NCBI GenBank assembly: GCA_007376135.1
Contig: VMFR01000002.1
Location: 28,870 to 92,869 of the forward strand
Origin: Parcubacteria group bacterium Gr01-1014_31
Lineage (GTDB): Bacteria; Patescibacteriota; Patescibacteriia; Buchananbacterales; GWA2-38-13
Direction: 5' to 3'
DNA length: 64,000 nt
Shown piece after piece: positions 9,143 through 21,498 of the stretch; the stretch's first letter is position 1; every line of letters begins with the position of its first letter. A program made the position numbers and the translations under genes. A model generated the notes under the pieces. The model saw nothing but the letters and a program-made list of their open reading frames with translations. It made no database searches and was not told where the DNA came from.

Positions 9143-9994
9143 CTAAACGGACGGCGACCCCTTCCCCCACTCTTTGACGGCCTGCTCGTAAATCTCCGGA
9201 GTGCCAACATCGAACCACTTGCCCTCGAACGGAAAGCCAAAGAACCGGCCAGTCGCCGCCAGCTTCGGGAACACGTCGGATTCCAGCGATTTATCCTTGG
9301 GCGTGATGACCTCGAAAATGGCAGGGTCGAACACGCAGACGCCGGCATTAATAACGTGAGACAAGGTCTGTCCCATGGCGGGCTTTTCCTGGAAGCGCAG
9401 GATCTTTGACCCGTGCAGGGCGACCACCCCCCAGTCGGAGGACTTGGCCACCGAGGTCAAAGCGACCGTCGCGATGCCCTTGTGCGACAAGTGAAATTCC
9501 GCCAGGTCGCCGAGGTCGATCTCGGCCAGCACGTCGCCATAGTAGCAGAGGAACGGCTCATTGCCGAAAAACTTGCGCGCCTGACGCACCGGTTGCGCGG
9601 TGCCGCTCTCGGCGTCACCCTGGTCGAGGTAGCGGATAGCCACCCCGAACTTGCTGCCGTCGCCGAAGTGCTCTTTGATCTTGGCGCCCAGGCTGCCGAT
9701 GGAAATGACCAGGTCACGAATGCCGTACTGCCGCAGCAGCGCCACGCTGTGCTCGAGCAGCGGCTTGCCGGCCACGGGCAAGAGCCCCTTGGGCAGCTCG
9801 TACGTGAACGGCCGCAAGGCCTGGCCGCGTCCGCCCGCCAGGATGAGCGCACGAGAGATCCCCGGGCCAAGACTCTTGGTCAGCAGGTACTCGATGGCGT
9901 GCGAACGGTTGCGGATGCGCGAGCCGTCAATGAATTTGTCCAGCTGCTTGACCAGCTCGTTTTTCATCGTGATGGTGAGGCGGAGACGCGACAT
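9143..9994 (-). CDS. sugar-1-phosphate nucleotidylyltransferase (NDP-sugar pyrophosphorylase) with N-terminal ribbon-helix-helix-like extension
   Basis: ATG at 9994 gives MSRLRLTITMKNELVKQLDKFIDGSRIRNRSHAIEYLL, a beta-strand plus two helices like CopG/RHH. This is followed by ALILAGGRGQALRPFTYELPKGLLPVAGKPLLEH, the NTP-transferase signature (GxGxR...K). A TTGTCC-17-TAGAAT promoter lies at 10017-10045. Confidence 0.7.
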   Translation of the reverse strand: MSRLRLTITMKNELVKQLDKFIDGSRIRNRSHAIEYLLTKSLGPGISRALILAGGRGQALRPFTYELPKGLLPVAGKPLLEHSVALLRQYGIRDLVISIGSLGAKIKEHFGDGSKFGVAIRYLDQGDAESGTAQPVRQARKFFGNEPFLCYYGDVLAEIDLGDLAEFHLSHKGIATVALTSVAKSSDWGVVALHGSKILRFQEKPAMGQTLSHVINAGVCVFDPAIFEVITPKDKSLESDVFPKLAATGRFFGFPFEGKWFDVGTPEIYEQAVKEWGKGSPSV

Positions 9995-10340
9995 AGGGGA
10001 AAAAATGAGTATCCGTATTCTACCCCAGGCCCCCCGAACGGACAAGGGGGATAAATGAATTACCGCCCCGCAACCCCGCAGTCGTGGGCAGGTCGGGGTG
10101 GTAGCACCCCCACCAACCCCAGCACCAATGGTGCGCCCAAGCTGTACGGTGGAGCGCTGCGCCGTCCAGGGGGAGGGGCTATTCGCCCCGCGCGCTCCAC
10201 CACGGCTGGACAACGACGAGCGATCAGCAAGGTTTGGAGGAAGGAGAACGGCACCATTGGCGCGGGGTTATTTTCCGTACCTCTCCTCGATTCATCCCGT
10301 CCCGCGGCTGCGGGACGGGTATTCTGGAGGAAGGAAAATA

Positions 10341-10366
10341 AAAACCCCCGCGGAACGCGGGGGAGG
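10341..10366 (-). terminator. rho-independent terminator of the 23S-5S operon
   Basis: Minus-strand CCTCCCCCGCGTTCCGCGGGGGTTTTTATTTT lies directly 3' of the 5S gene. Confidence 0.7.
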
Positions 10367-10370
10367 AACG

Positions 10371-10507
10371 CTTGAGGGCACTATTCCCGGCATCGACCTA
10401 CTGTCGCCCCGAAGGACTATCATCGGCGCTGACAGGCTTAACTGCCGTGTTCGGGATGGGAACGGGTGTGACCCTGCCGCCGAAGACACCGGGAATACTA
10501 CCCTCAA
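10371..10507 (-). rRNA. rrf: 5S ribosomal RNA
   Basis: Minus-strand sequence GTTCCCATCCCGAACACGGCAGTTAAGCC...GCCGATGATAGT...AGTAGGTCGATGCC with terminal helix TTGAGGGTAG/TGCCCTCAAG. Ends are approximate. Confidence 0.85.
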
Positions 10508-10548
10508 ACGTTGATATACAGTGAGGTAGACGTCAGCACGATTCTTGT

Positions 10549-13974
<3,426 letters not shown>

Positions 13975-14308
13975 ACAAGAATTGCGCCGCTCGCTCCTCG
14001 GCGGAGCCGCGGGCATCCTCGTGGTACCACTTTCTCTCGAAGATGCTTTTGTTACCTCACTGTATGCAGTTGTCAACGACCGGGATTTCCATCCGCAGGA
14101 GAATCCGCGTCAACGGACTCGGCCTGTGAAGAGAAACAACGCTCGGAGGGACTAAAAAAGCCGCAGGTCGTGCGGCTGGGGGTCAGGGACAGTAGAACTG
14201 CCTCAGTCGCGTGACGAGTTACTGGTTAATCCCCGGCTACCCATAGGCGAACGCTTAGTTTTGAGTAATTTATGCTGCCTCCTATTATAACGACCCATAT
14301 TCAGGATG

Positions 14309-14626
14309 TCAAGACAGGGGCGGTAACGGCCCTTCACCTTGTTCTTTTTTGGCCTGGTTAAGCTGCATCTTTGCCCGCTCGAGGAGCCTCCCGAGCTGGT
14401 AGGTAAGTGCGACAATCAGCGCAGTAATGACCATGGCGTATCCAAACATTGCCCACAGGTTATCTTCAGGCCGAGGGAATATGGTTTCAAAAAATTTTTT
14501 TATCACGTCGTTCCAAGCCAACGCCGCCACAATGCCAAAGCCGGTGGTCACCAGCTGACCCATTTTTTCCAGAATCTCAACCTTAAGGGATTTACGCTCC
14601 TCGGGGGTTTTGCCACCGTTGGGCAT
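14309..14626 (-). CDS. small membrane protein (DUF5654-like), low-GC gene
   Basis: 105-aa ORF with two predicted TM helices and motif TGFGIVAALAWNDVIKKFF. Local GC ~45 % versus >60 % in the flanks. Confidence 0.45.
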   Translation of the reverse strand: MPNGGKTPEERKSLKVEILEKMGQLVTTGFGIVAALAWNDVIKKFFETIFPRPEDNLWAMFGYAMVITALIVALTYQLGRLLERAKMQLNQAKKEQGEGPLPPLS

Positions 14627-14638
14627 AAGGGGAAAAAA

Positions 14639-15355
14639 TTACTTCACGGCTTCCTCCTGACTAAATGGGACTACTTGGGCTCCGGCAGGTAACGTAAACA
14701 CATCGTCGGGAATGTCTACATTCACCTCAACGTTGTCGCGCCCGGTTTCTATACCACGGTAATCTCGATCCAGCGCCATCTCTCTGACAGGTATTCCGTA
14801 TGCGGTCCAAATCCAGCTCTTCCATTGTTTAATTTCTTTTTCCCCGTTTTTGGTCTTAACCACAATGTATTCTCGGTCACCTATAATTTCCTTACCAAGA
14901 ATGCTCGGATTACTCTCCATGATCAATGTCCACTCCCTTGCGAATGAAGCGGTGCCTCCCTCACTATCGCGTAACTCGTCATCGCCTATTGTTTTCCTTC
15001 TGGCAATATTGGTGGTGGGACGATAATAAAAAATTTCATTATTTAATGTATCTCCGATGACGATCATCTGGAGCTCATCAGTGTTAGGGGCAAGTAATTC
15101 GGTCCGTCCCCTTTCTTCACCACTGATTGTCTTGCGCCAGATATTCGTTTTAGTAACCACCCCATTCACCGAAGACCATGCTTGGTATTTAAGAGAGGTA
15201 ATTTTTTGCAGATTTTCCAGCGAGGTCTTCAATAAGTTTAGCTCGGCTTTTCTCTTGGGTACCCACCAGAACTGGTAAACGGCAATTCCCCCAATCAAGA
15301 AAATAATGAGGGTGATAACGATTTTTAAAAGTGTTCGCTTGCCCATGTCGGTCAT
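14639..15355 (-). CDS. membrane-anchored hypothetical protein (LolA-like / DUF4367-like fold suspected), low-GC gene
   Basis: 238-aa ORF with an N-terminal TM (LLKIVITLIIFLIGGIAVYQFWWV). Low GC, co-oriented with the preceding small gene. Confidence 0.45.
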   Translation of the reverse strand: MTDMGKRTLLKIVITLIIFLIGGIAVYQFWWVPKRKAELNLLKTSLENLQKITSLKYQAWSSVNGVVTKTNIWRKTISGEERGRTELLAPNTDELQMIVIGDTLNNEIFYYRPTTNIARRKTIGDDELRDSEGGTASFAREWTLIMESNPSILGKEIIGDREYIVVKTKNGEKEIKQWKSWIWTAYGIPVREMALDRDYRGIETGRDNVEVNVDIPDDVFTLPAGAQVVPFSQEEAVK

Positions 15356-15385
15356 GTAGTTTTGGCAATGAGTTGATATAAAGTT

Positions 15386-16666
15386 TCACGCCGGCGGCTT
15401 TACGCGTCTGACGAACTGGAACATCAGCGCAAGCAAACCCAGCGCGACGAGAGACAAGAGCGCGGGCAGCAGCCACGGATACCGCTCGGTGAACGGTATC
15501 ACCGGAGCTGCCGGTGCGACGTACGCGGGGTTTGCCTGCTGCGGCGAGAGCGTCGCGCCCGGAGCGGCGGGCACCTCCAAGTAGGGGAAGAGCCGCTCCA
15601 AATCGTAGGCCGGACGCTGCGCCAGCGGATTTCCGTAGTAGAGGAAGTACTGCTGACCGGGAATCGCGGAGAACACGACGCTGCGCAGGACTCCCCTCGC
15701 GGTGGCGCCAGTGAATGCGATCGGCTGATCATCGCCATTGTACACCGCGACGCGCAGGTAGCGCGCCGCCAGCTCGGAGTAACGGAGCGTCAGGTGCTCG
15801 CCGCGAAACTTCTCGGTGGCAACACGAAACACATAGTCGCTGCCCAGCGACCGCCAGGCAGTGGCGTCGTTGGAAGCAAACAGCTCCACCGGCCGATTGA
15901 AGTTGGTCGCCGCCGTCTGCAGCGTCAGTTCCTGGATCGGCAACCCGCTCTGCCCGAGATCCAGGGTCAGAAGCGACGACTGAGTCAACCCCTCCTCCAC
16001 CTGGATAAGCGTCGGCGTAAAGATAACGTCCTTGGCGCTCGCGGCAACGCGCTCGGTTACCTCCACACCGCTGACTCTGAACGGCGTATCGGAAAATACC
16101 TTGAGCCGCAGGTAGCGGAACGTCGCCTGCGGGTAGGTTAACGCCGTCTCTTGGGCGAAAAAATTCCGCCGCGGCTCCCCATGAGCAAAGATGTAGCCGT
16201 CGGACCTCAATACCTGCCAGGACATCCGGTCGTTGCTGCCGGCAATCTCCACCTGCTTTTGGAACTCACGTTCCGGGGTGACGATGGAAAGCCAGTTGTG
16301 CGCCGCGCCGCTCTCGCCAAGGTCCACTACCAGGGATTGGAACTGGCCGGGCGTGTAGGCGTTGTCAAAAACGGCCAGCTGGCGCCGCCGAACCTCGGGC
16401 GCTTGGCGCTCCACCACCACTTTGTAGGGTGTTTCCAGCCCGGTGCTGTCGGCGACGCGCAGGTCGCGCAGGTCGGCCTGTAAACCCGCGAACGCCTCGG
16501 CATCCAGGTTCAGCCGCACGTAGCCGCTCTGCTGGACGGTGATCGCCTTGCGGTACTGCCACGCGGATGGCGTGAACGCAGCAAAAGCACCCGTGGCAAA
16601 TACGATGGTGGATGCGACCAACGTCGCGATTCGAATGATACGCATTACTGGAGTAATAATTTTCAA
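15386..16666 (-). CDS. DUF3999 domain protein (secreted, tandem discoidin-like repeats, C-terminal TM anchor)
   Basis: 426-aa ORF with signal peptide MRIIRIATLVASTIVFATGAFA, the repeat-unit architecture typical of DUF3999 and a C-terminal TM (WLLPALLSLVALGLLALMF). Paired with the downstream DUF2339 gene. Confidence 0.65.
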   Translation of the reverse strand: MKIITPVMRIIRIATLVASTIVFATGAFAAFTPSAWQYRKAITVQQSGYVRLNLDAEAFAGLQADLRDLRVADSTGLETPYKVVVERQAPEVRRRQLAVFDNAYTPGQFQSLVVDLGESGAAHNWLSIVTPEREFQKQVEIAGSNDRMSWQVLRSDGYIFAHGEPRRNFFAQETALTYPQATFRYLRLKVFSDTPFRVSGVEVTERVAASAKDVIFTPTLIQVEEGLTQSSLLTLDLGQSGLPIQELTLQTAATNFNRPVELFASNDATAWRSLGSDYVFRVATEKFRGEHLTLRYSELAARYLRVAVYNGDDQPIAFTGATARGVLRSVVFSAIPGQQYFLYYGNPLAQRPAYDLERLFPYLEVPAAPGATLSPQQANPAYVAPAAPVIPFTERYPWLLPALLSLVALGLLALMFQFVRRVKPPA

Positions 16667-16720
16667 TTTCGAAACTCTAATTTCGAATCAAATTCGAATG
16701 AAAAAATTTTCAAGCATTCG

Positions 16721-17608
16721 TTAATTCTGTAAATTGTTCTGAAAATTGCGCAAAACTGGCGGCAGAGCGACCAACAAAAGCAGCACCAAGCCAATAACAC
16801 CAACGGTGATGAAAACAAGTATGGTCCTTCGAATTTTTTGGTTTTCTGCGGGCGTGGGTTCTGAAGTCTTAACTTGTTTGAGTGCCGAAAAAATACTGTA
16901 GAAATAAATAATAGTGAGCGGAGTCATGACGAGATACTGCCAAAGTAATTGAACGACTTGGGCAGGCGCAGAGATTGTTGGTTTAACAGCATCTTTGGCT
17001 CGTACAAATGCTGCTATATCCATCCAACTGGTAGCGAAAGTAACCACTAGACCAGCTAACAGCGAGAGCAGCGACCAAACTAAAAGCCGCCAGAACACGC
17101 TCCCCGCGTATCCTCGAACGTAGTGCCAGCTTCTCGTAAGTGCGGCCATCCCACGATGATGCTCGGTCAGTAAAACAAATCCTGCGAAAAGGAGCGAGAG
17201 TGCGGCTACCACACCCGGAAAAATAAACAAAAATGTTCCGCCTAACACGGCTAAGCCGGTCAGTAACCCAATCAACGCGAATGACGGCCACTGACGCATC
17301 CCCTTCATATACGCACCACCAATGCCAGCGTCAAGTGCACCCCCTTCCGCTACCATCACCATCAGGCCAATATAAGCGAACGAAGCTGCGATCGAGGTTA
17401 GCATGTTGATAAGAACGAGCAAACCAAGCGGTGTCGATTCCCAAAGAACGACGGTCAAGAGTGCGAAGAGCATTGGGGCGACCGCGATACCAACAATCGT
17501 GGTCCAATGCGCACCGTAAAAAGATAGCGTCCAAGCCAAGAGTTTCGTTGGAGAAGGAAGTTTGACTTGAGTAGTTCCAACGGACTGAGGCACTGAATTG
17601 GCGGTCAT
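16721..17608 (-). CDS. polytopic membrane protein, hypothetical (low-GC gene)
   Basis: 295-aa ORF with ~7 hydrophobic segments. GC ~45 %. Confidence 0.45.
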   Translation of the reverse strand: MTANSVPQSVGTTQVKLPSPTKLLAWTLSFYGAHWTTIVGIAVAPMLFALLTVVLWESTPLGLLVLINMLTSIAASFAYIGLMVMVAEGGALDAGIGGAYMKGMRQWPSFALIGLLTGLAVLGGTFLFIFPGVVAALSLLFAGFVLLTEHHRGMAALTRSWHYVRGYAGSVFWRLLVWSLLSLLAGLVVTFATSWMDIAAFVRAKDAVKPTISAPAQVVQLLWQYLVMTPLTIIYFYSIFSALKQVKTSEPTPAENQKIRRTILVFITVGVIGLVLLLLVALPPVLRNFQNNLQN

Positions 17609-17701
17609 ATGTTTTACAATTTACTTTACAATAAAAATTCAAGTCAAAAAATTAAAAGTTTTGAATTTTTAATTGTCATTTTGACTTTTTCATTTTGCCT
17701 T

Positions 17702-19546
17702 TTAACTTTTCTCTTGAATGAGCCCTTTAATCCTATCCTTATACTTATTGTACCCGAACGATGCCACAAGGAGGAGCACACCCAGCGCGATGGAGATAAT
17801 AATGCGATACAGCGTCCCCAGCCCCCACAGATCGTAGAGGAAAAATTTCAGCATGGTGAAGCCGATGAGCAGGATGCCGCCGACGCGCAACAGGCGCGAT
17901 TTCCGAACAAACCCGACCGCAATAACCCCGACGGCGTACAGCGCCCAGAGTATGGACAAGGTGATGCTCTCCCATTGGCGGAGACTGCGGACGGCGGCGT
18001 AATACTGCGAATCTGGCTTAGGCAGTCCGCGCCCAAACGTCGGTAAGGCGGCAGACGGAACAAGCGCGCGAACCTTTGCCGCGTAGAAATCCACAACCTC
18101 GGCGCTCAAGGCAACTAGCGCTAGCATGTTCGCAGTCACCACGATGGCTTTGATAAACTTATACTCCTTGTCTGACACGGCTGCCTTAAACTGGTGGTAC
18201 AGAGCACCAACGCCACTCAAGCACGCGACGCTGAACGCAAAGACCAACACTCGCGGGTTGGCAATTAACCGATACTCAGCGGCCGGCAACGACAATTCCA
18301 TCGCGAGCAGGCGCCCCAGCACCAGCACGCTGATAACGGCGGCAAACGCGCGATAGAATTTATCTTTCAACGTGAACGACAGCCACACCAACACCACGGC
18401 TTCCACCGCCCAGCCCAACGTCAGCCAGCGTTGCTCCAATATCAATCCTAAAGCAACGGTGAGGAACGTCACCGACAGTCCGGGCAGCGACAAAGCCAAT
18501 CGTTTGTCCTCCGGGTTGAACTCATGGGAGAGCACCGCCAGCCCGAAGTACAGCACCGCCAGCCCCATGGCCGCGAAACTCATTCCCGTGCGGTGCCCAT
18601 CGAACAGTTCATACAGGAGCAGGAAGAACCCAAACCCGTTGACCGCCAAGAGCACTAGGTCGTAAGGTTCGGACTTTTTACGGTTGACCAGGTTGTGGCT
18701 GACGGTGGACGCCAGGAATATGGTGAAAAACGCGCTCAAGAACGCTGCTAGCGTCCACTGTTGCACCGCGACGTAGTGCTGCTCATACCAGAGCGTATAC
18801 AAAAGCGCGGTGCCCGCCAGCCCAAGGAGGTTAAGTACCCGCCAGTTACGGTAGAACGACACCCCCAGAATACCAACATCCAGCAGCGCCAAGTACCCGA
18901 AGTACGCCGGCAGCGAGGGTTGCCCGGCAGCCACCAGGAGCGGCGTCAGGAACCCGCCGACAATGCCAATTCCCACCAGCGTCACTTGGTTGGTCAACAC
19001 GCTCAACACCCCGGCCGTCACTGTCACCACGGCCATGAAAACGAACGCCAAAGAGCTGGGCACCAAGTGGTAGAACCCGTACGACGCGTAGGCGCTCAAA
19101 TACAAGACCGCGATGCCGCCGCCCGATAGCGCTTGCCCGTAGGCGCCATAGCGCGGCCGGAAGTACTCCCCCAGCCCGAGCAGCCCGACACCGAACAACA
19201 CCCCGATCATCACGCGGCCGGCCGGTCCTATCCAGTTATTGTCAAAGGCATACTTGAGAAAGAAACTGACGCCCAAGAGCAGCGCCAGCACGCCGATCTT
19301 GGCCAGCCACTGTCCCCCGATCCTGGCTTCCAGGTCGCCCGCCGGACGCGGCTTTTTCGCTGCCGTAATTTCACCCGGTTCGGGCTGGTACGGCGGCGGC
19401 AACGGTGCGGCCTCGGTAACCGGGATATGTCCGCCCTCCAACGCTGCCACCCGCTGGTTCAAACGCTCGACAGACTTTTTTACTTCCGTCAGTTCGTTGA
19501 ACAACCGCAGGATGTTTCTGGACAGATCACTGGCATCATTGGCCAT
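17702..19546 (-). CDS. DUF2339 family multi-pass membrane protein
   Basis: ATG at 19546 gives MANDASDLSRNILRLFNELTEVKK, an N-terminal coiled-coil region, then >15 TM segments. DUF2339 proteins co-occur with DUF3999. The ORF-track start at 19711 has no coding support. Confidence 0.65.
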   Translation of the reverse strand: MANDASDLSRNILRLFNELTEVKKSVERLNQRVAALEGGHIPVTEAAPLPPPYQPEPGEITAAKKPRPAGDLEARIGGQWLAKIGVLALLLGVSFFLKYAFDNNWIGPAGRVMIGVLFGVGLLGLGEYFRPRYGAYGQALSGGGIAVLYLSAYASYGFYHLVPSSLAFVFMAVVTVTAGVLSVLTNQVTLVGIGIVGGFLTPLLVAAGQPSLPAYFGYLALLDVGILGVSFYRNWRVLNLLGLAGTALLYTLWYEQHYVAVQQWTLAAFLSAFFTIFLASTVSHNLVNRKKSEPYDLVLLAVNGFGFFLLLYELFDGHRTGMSFAAMGLAVLYFGLAVLSHEFNPEDKRLALSLPGLSVTFLTVALGLILEQRWLTLGWAVEAVVLVWLSFTLKDKFYRAFAAVISVLVLGRLLAMELSLPAAEYRLIANPRVLVFAFSVACLSGVGALYHQFKAAVSDKEYKFIKAIVVTANMLALVALSAEVVDFYAAKVRALVPSAALPTFGRGLPKPDSQYYAAVRSLRQWESITLSILWALYAVGVIAVGFVRKSRLLRVGGILLIGFTMLKFFLYDLWGLGTLYRIIISIALGVLLLVASFGYNKYKDRIKGLIQEKS

Positions 19547-19559
19547 AAAATATTTTAAG

Positions 19560-20036
19560 TTACCAGTAGCCGTAACCAAAAATAAACCGATTGATAAAAC
19601 GAAGCTCTGCGTCGTGCCACAGCACCGTTGCTGCCAACAGTCCCCAGCCGAGCCACGGCCAACGCCAAAAGAAAAAGGCCAGCAGGCCAATCCGGAGTGC
19701 AAATAATCCACCGCCTACGAACAGCGTTTCGGCACGATTTAAAAAAATATTGAGGAGAGAAAATACCAACGACAGTACACCGCCCAAGAGTAGCCCGAGC
19801 AGAAAATGCCTCACCCGCTGGCCGGACGAACGATAAGTGAACGGCACGCGCCAACCAAAAAAACGCTGGGGATGAGTAGCGGGAGTTTTGGCAGTTGCCG
19901 GGCCGTACACTTCCGCCATGCCGGCAGCAATCACCGCGGGCGGATACCCCTGGGCGGCAAGCTGCTCCCGCAGGACCGCTTCAGGAAAACGGTCCTTATT
20001 GGCACGCAAATACGCAATGACTGCCGAATGGGCCAT
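19560..20036 (-). CDS. hypothetical membrane protein
   Basis: ATG at 20036 gives MAHSAVIAYLRANKDRFPEAVLREQLAAQGYPPAVIAAG, then three TM helices. Confidence 0.45.
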   Translation of the reverse strand: MAHSAVIAYLRANKDRFPEAVLREQLAAQGYPPAVIAAGMAEVYGPATAKTPATHPQRFFGWRVPFTYRSSGQRVRHFLLGLLLGGVLSLVFSLLNIFLNRAETLFVGGGLFALRIGLLAFFFWRWPWLGWGLLAATVLWHDAELRFINRFIFGYGYW

Positions 20037-20139
20037 GGATGCAGATATCCACAATCATGATACCACGCAAGCGGCAGCGGCAGTGGAACTAATCAAAAAA
20101 TGGGATCTTGCCTGGCCTAGCCGCAAGACCCCATAAATT

Positions 20140-20898
20140 TCAATCAACAACTAAGGTCAAAATGGCGAGCGCCATTCCCAGGTCAAGGTACGCTCGACTG
20201 CCCCGCGGACTGGCACCACAAATCAGCAGGATGACCCCGATCATGGCGAAGAGTATTCCCGGCAACACCGCCGAGGAAACGAAGAACAAAACCACGAGAC
20301 CGACGGTCAGAGCGATGGCCGCGGTGATCTTTGCCCAGCGATTCCCCCACGCTAACGGAATCGTCCACTTATAGCCGCGATCGATGTTCTCGTCGTCCAG
20401 ATCCTTCGTCACCTCCCGGCCGAACACGACGAGAACGAACGACAGAAAGAGCGGCCACACGGTGTCCACGGACGCACCCGCCACGGCGGGCAACAGCGAC
20501 GGGCTGGCAGCGGTAACGGCGACCAGCGTGACCGGCACCATCGGCATCAACCGCGTCTCCGAGTACACCATGCCGGCGAACGCCATGAGGGACAACACGA
20601 TGCCAGTGCGATTGTCCTCAATCACCACCAGCAGCAGGAACAGGCCGCAGATGCTCCAGCAGGCGAGGAGCAGCGCGAGGAATGTGCCCGGGTGTTCAAG
20701 CGCTACGACTTTACCCTTGCGACGGTCGTGGTACCGGTCACGCCAGTCGTTCTGCAACATGGTTGCGCAAGCGATAAAGAACACGGCGACTGCCACCAGC
20801 CAGGAAGGATCCATGCCGGCCACCCAAAAACTGGCAACTGCCTGCAAGCCAGCTAGTGTACAGACCGGTAAACGAAAAGACCAAATCCATGCCGCCAT
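20140..20898 (-). CDS. UbiA-family prenyltransferase
   Basis: Asp-rich motifs NDWRDRYHDRRKG (NDxxDxxxD) and KDLDDENIDRG, plus 7-8 TM segments. Confidence 0.75.
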   Translation of the reverse strand: MAAWIWSFRLPVCTLAGLQAVASFWVAGMDPSWLVAVAVFFIACATMLQNDWRDRYHDRRKGKVVALEHPGTFLALLLACWSICGLFLLLVVIEDNRTGIVLSLMAFAGMVYSETRLMPMVPVTLVAVTAASPSLLPAVAGASVDTVWPLFLSFVLVVFGREVTKDLDDENIDRGYKWTIPLAWGNRWAKITAAIALTVGLVVLFFVSSAVLPGILFAMIGVILLICGASPRGSRAYLDLGMALAILTLVVD

Positions 20899-21093
20899 GA
20901 CTGACCACCTCCTTCTCTATTTATTTTGAACGTGCGAAGGAACGAGTTGAGTATCCTATTGTGCTATGGTACTGCCGGATGTTGGGTATCCAACAACCTC
21001 CGAACGCGACGCTCACCCGCTAAAATTTTCCGAGGGGGAGAGTCGCCAACCCATGGCTGATCCGCCTTGGGCGGAAACTCCCATGATTGGGTA

Positions 21094-21180
21094 TGCCGGA
21101 GAGAGGACTCGCCACCGCCTTTGGCGGGGTCCCGCCTACTTTACTTAATAAATAATAGGATGGCGGGAAACCTCTACACC
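21094..21180 (-). repeat. tRNA-associated structured repeat, copy A (downstream of tRNA-Leu-TAG)
   Basis: Homologous to 39015..39100 and 26943..27043. Motifs: GGTTTCCCGCC, AT-rich loop, GTAGGCGGGACCCCGCC(A/G)AAGGCGGTGGCGA, and it ends in a tRNA 3'-end-like GAGTCCTCTCTCCGGCA. Confidence 0.6.
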
Positions 21181-21289
21181 TTGGCTAAATAAATATTCAC
21201 TGCATCCACCAACATTTGCCGAGGGGGAGAGTCAAACTCCCATGGTCTTGCGACCGCTAGCTCCTAAAGCTAACTTGCTCTCTCACCTT

Positions 21290-21373
21290 TGCCCCCGAGA
21301 GGACTCGAACCTCTAAGGGATTGCTCCCACCAGGTCCTAAGCCTGGCGCGTATACCAGTTCCGCCACGGGGGC
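21290..21373 (-). tRNA. tRNA-Leu (anticodon TAG), long variable arm
   Basis: Minus-strand GCCCCCGTGGCGGAACTGGTA...CCAGGCTTAGGACCTGG...GGTGGGAGCAATCCCTTAGAGGTTCGAGTCCTCTCGGGGGCA. Acceptor 7/7 bp, T-loop TTCGAGT, anticodon loop CTTAGGA. Confidence 0.85.
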
Positions 21374-21498
21374 AAAGGTGAGAGGGTGAATCTACCAATT
21401 TCGCCACTCCGGCACGGCATTCCCATATTGGCTGGGGCGACTGCGGTTGTCAATAAATCGGCTGCAAGGTCGTGGTAGAATATAATCGTGTGCTAACA

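Noticed and set aside
20940-21470. CRISPR array or tmRNA in the repeat-rich region around tRNA-Leu
   Set aside because: The repeats are irregularly spaced, of unequal length, and homologous to tRNA 3' ends. There are no tmRNA tag-reading-frame or pseudoknot signatures.
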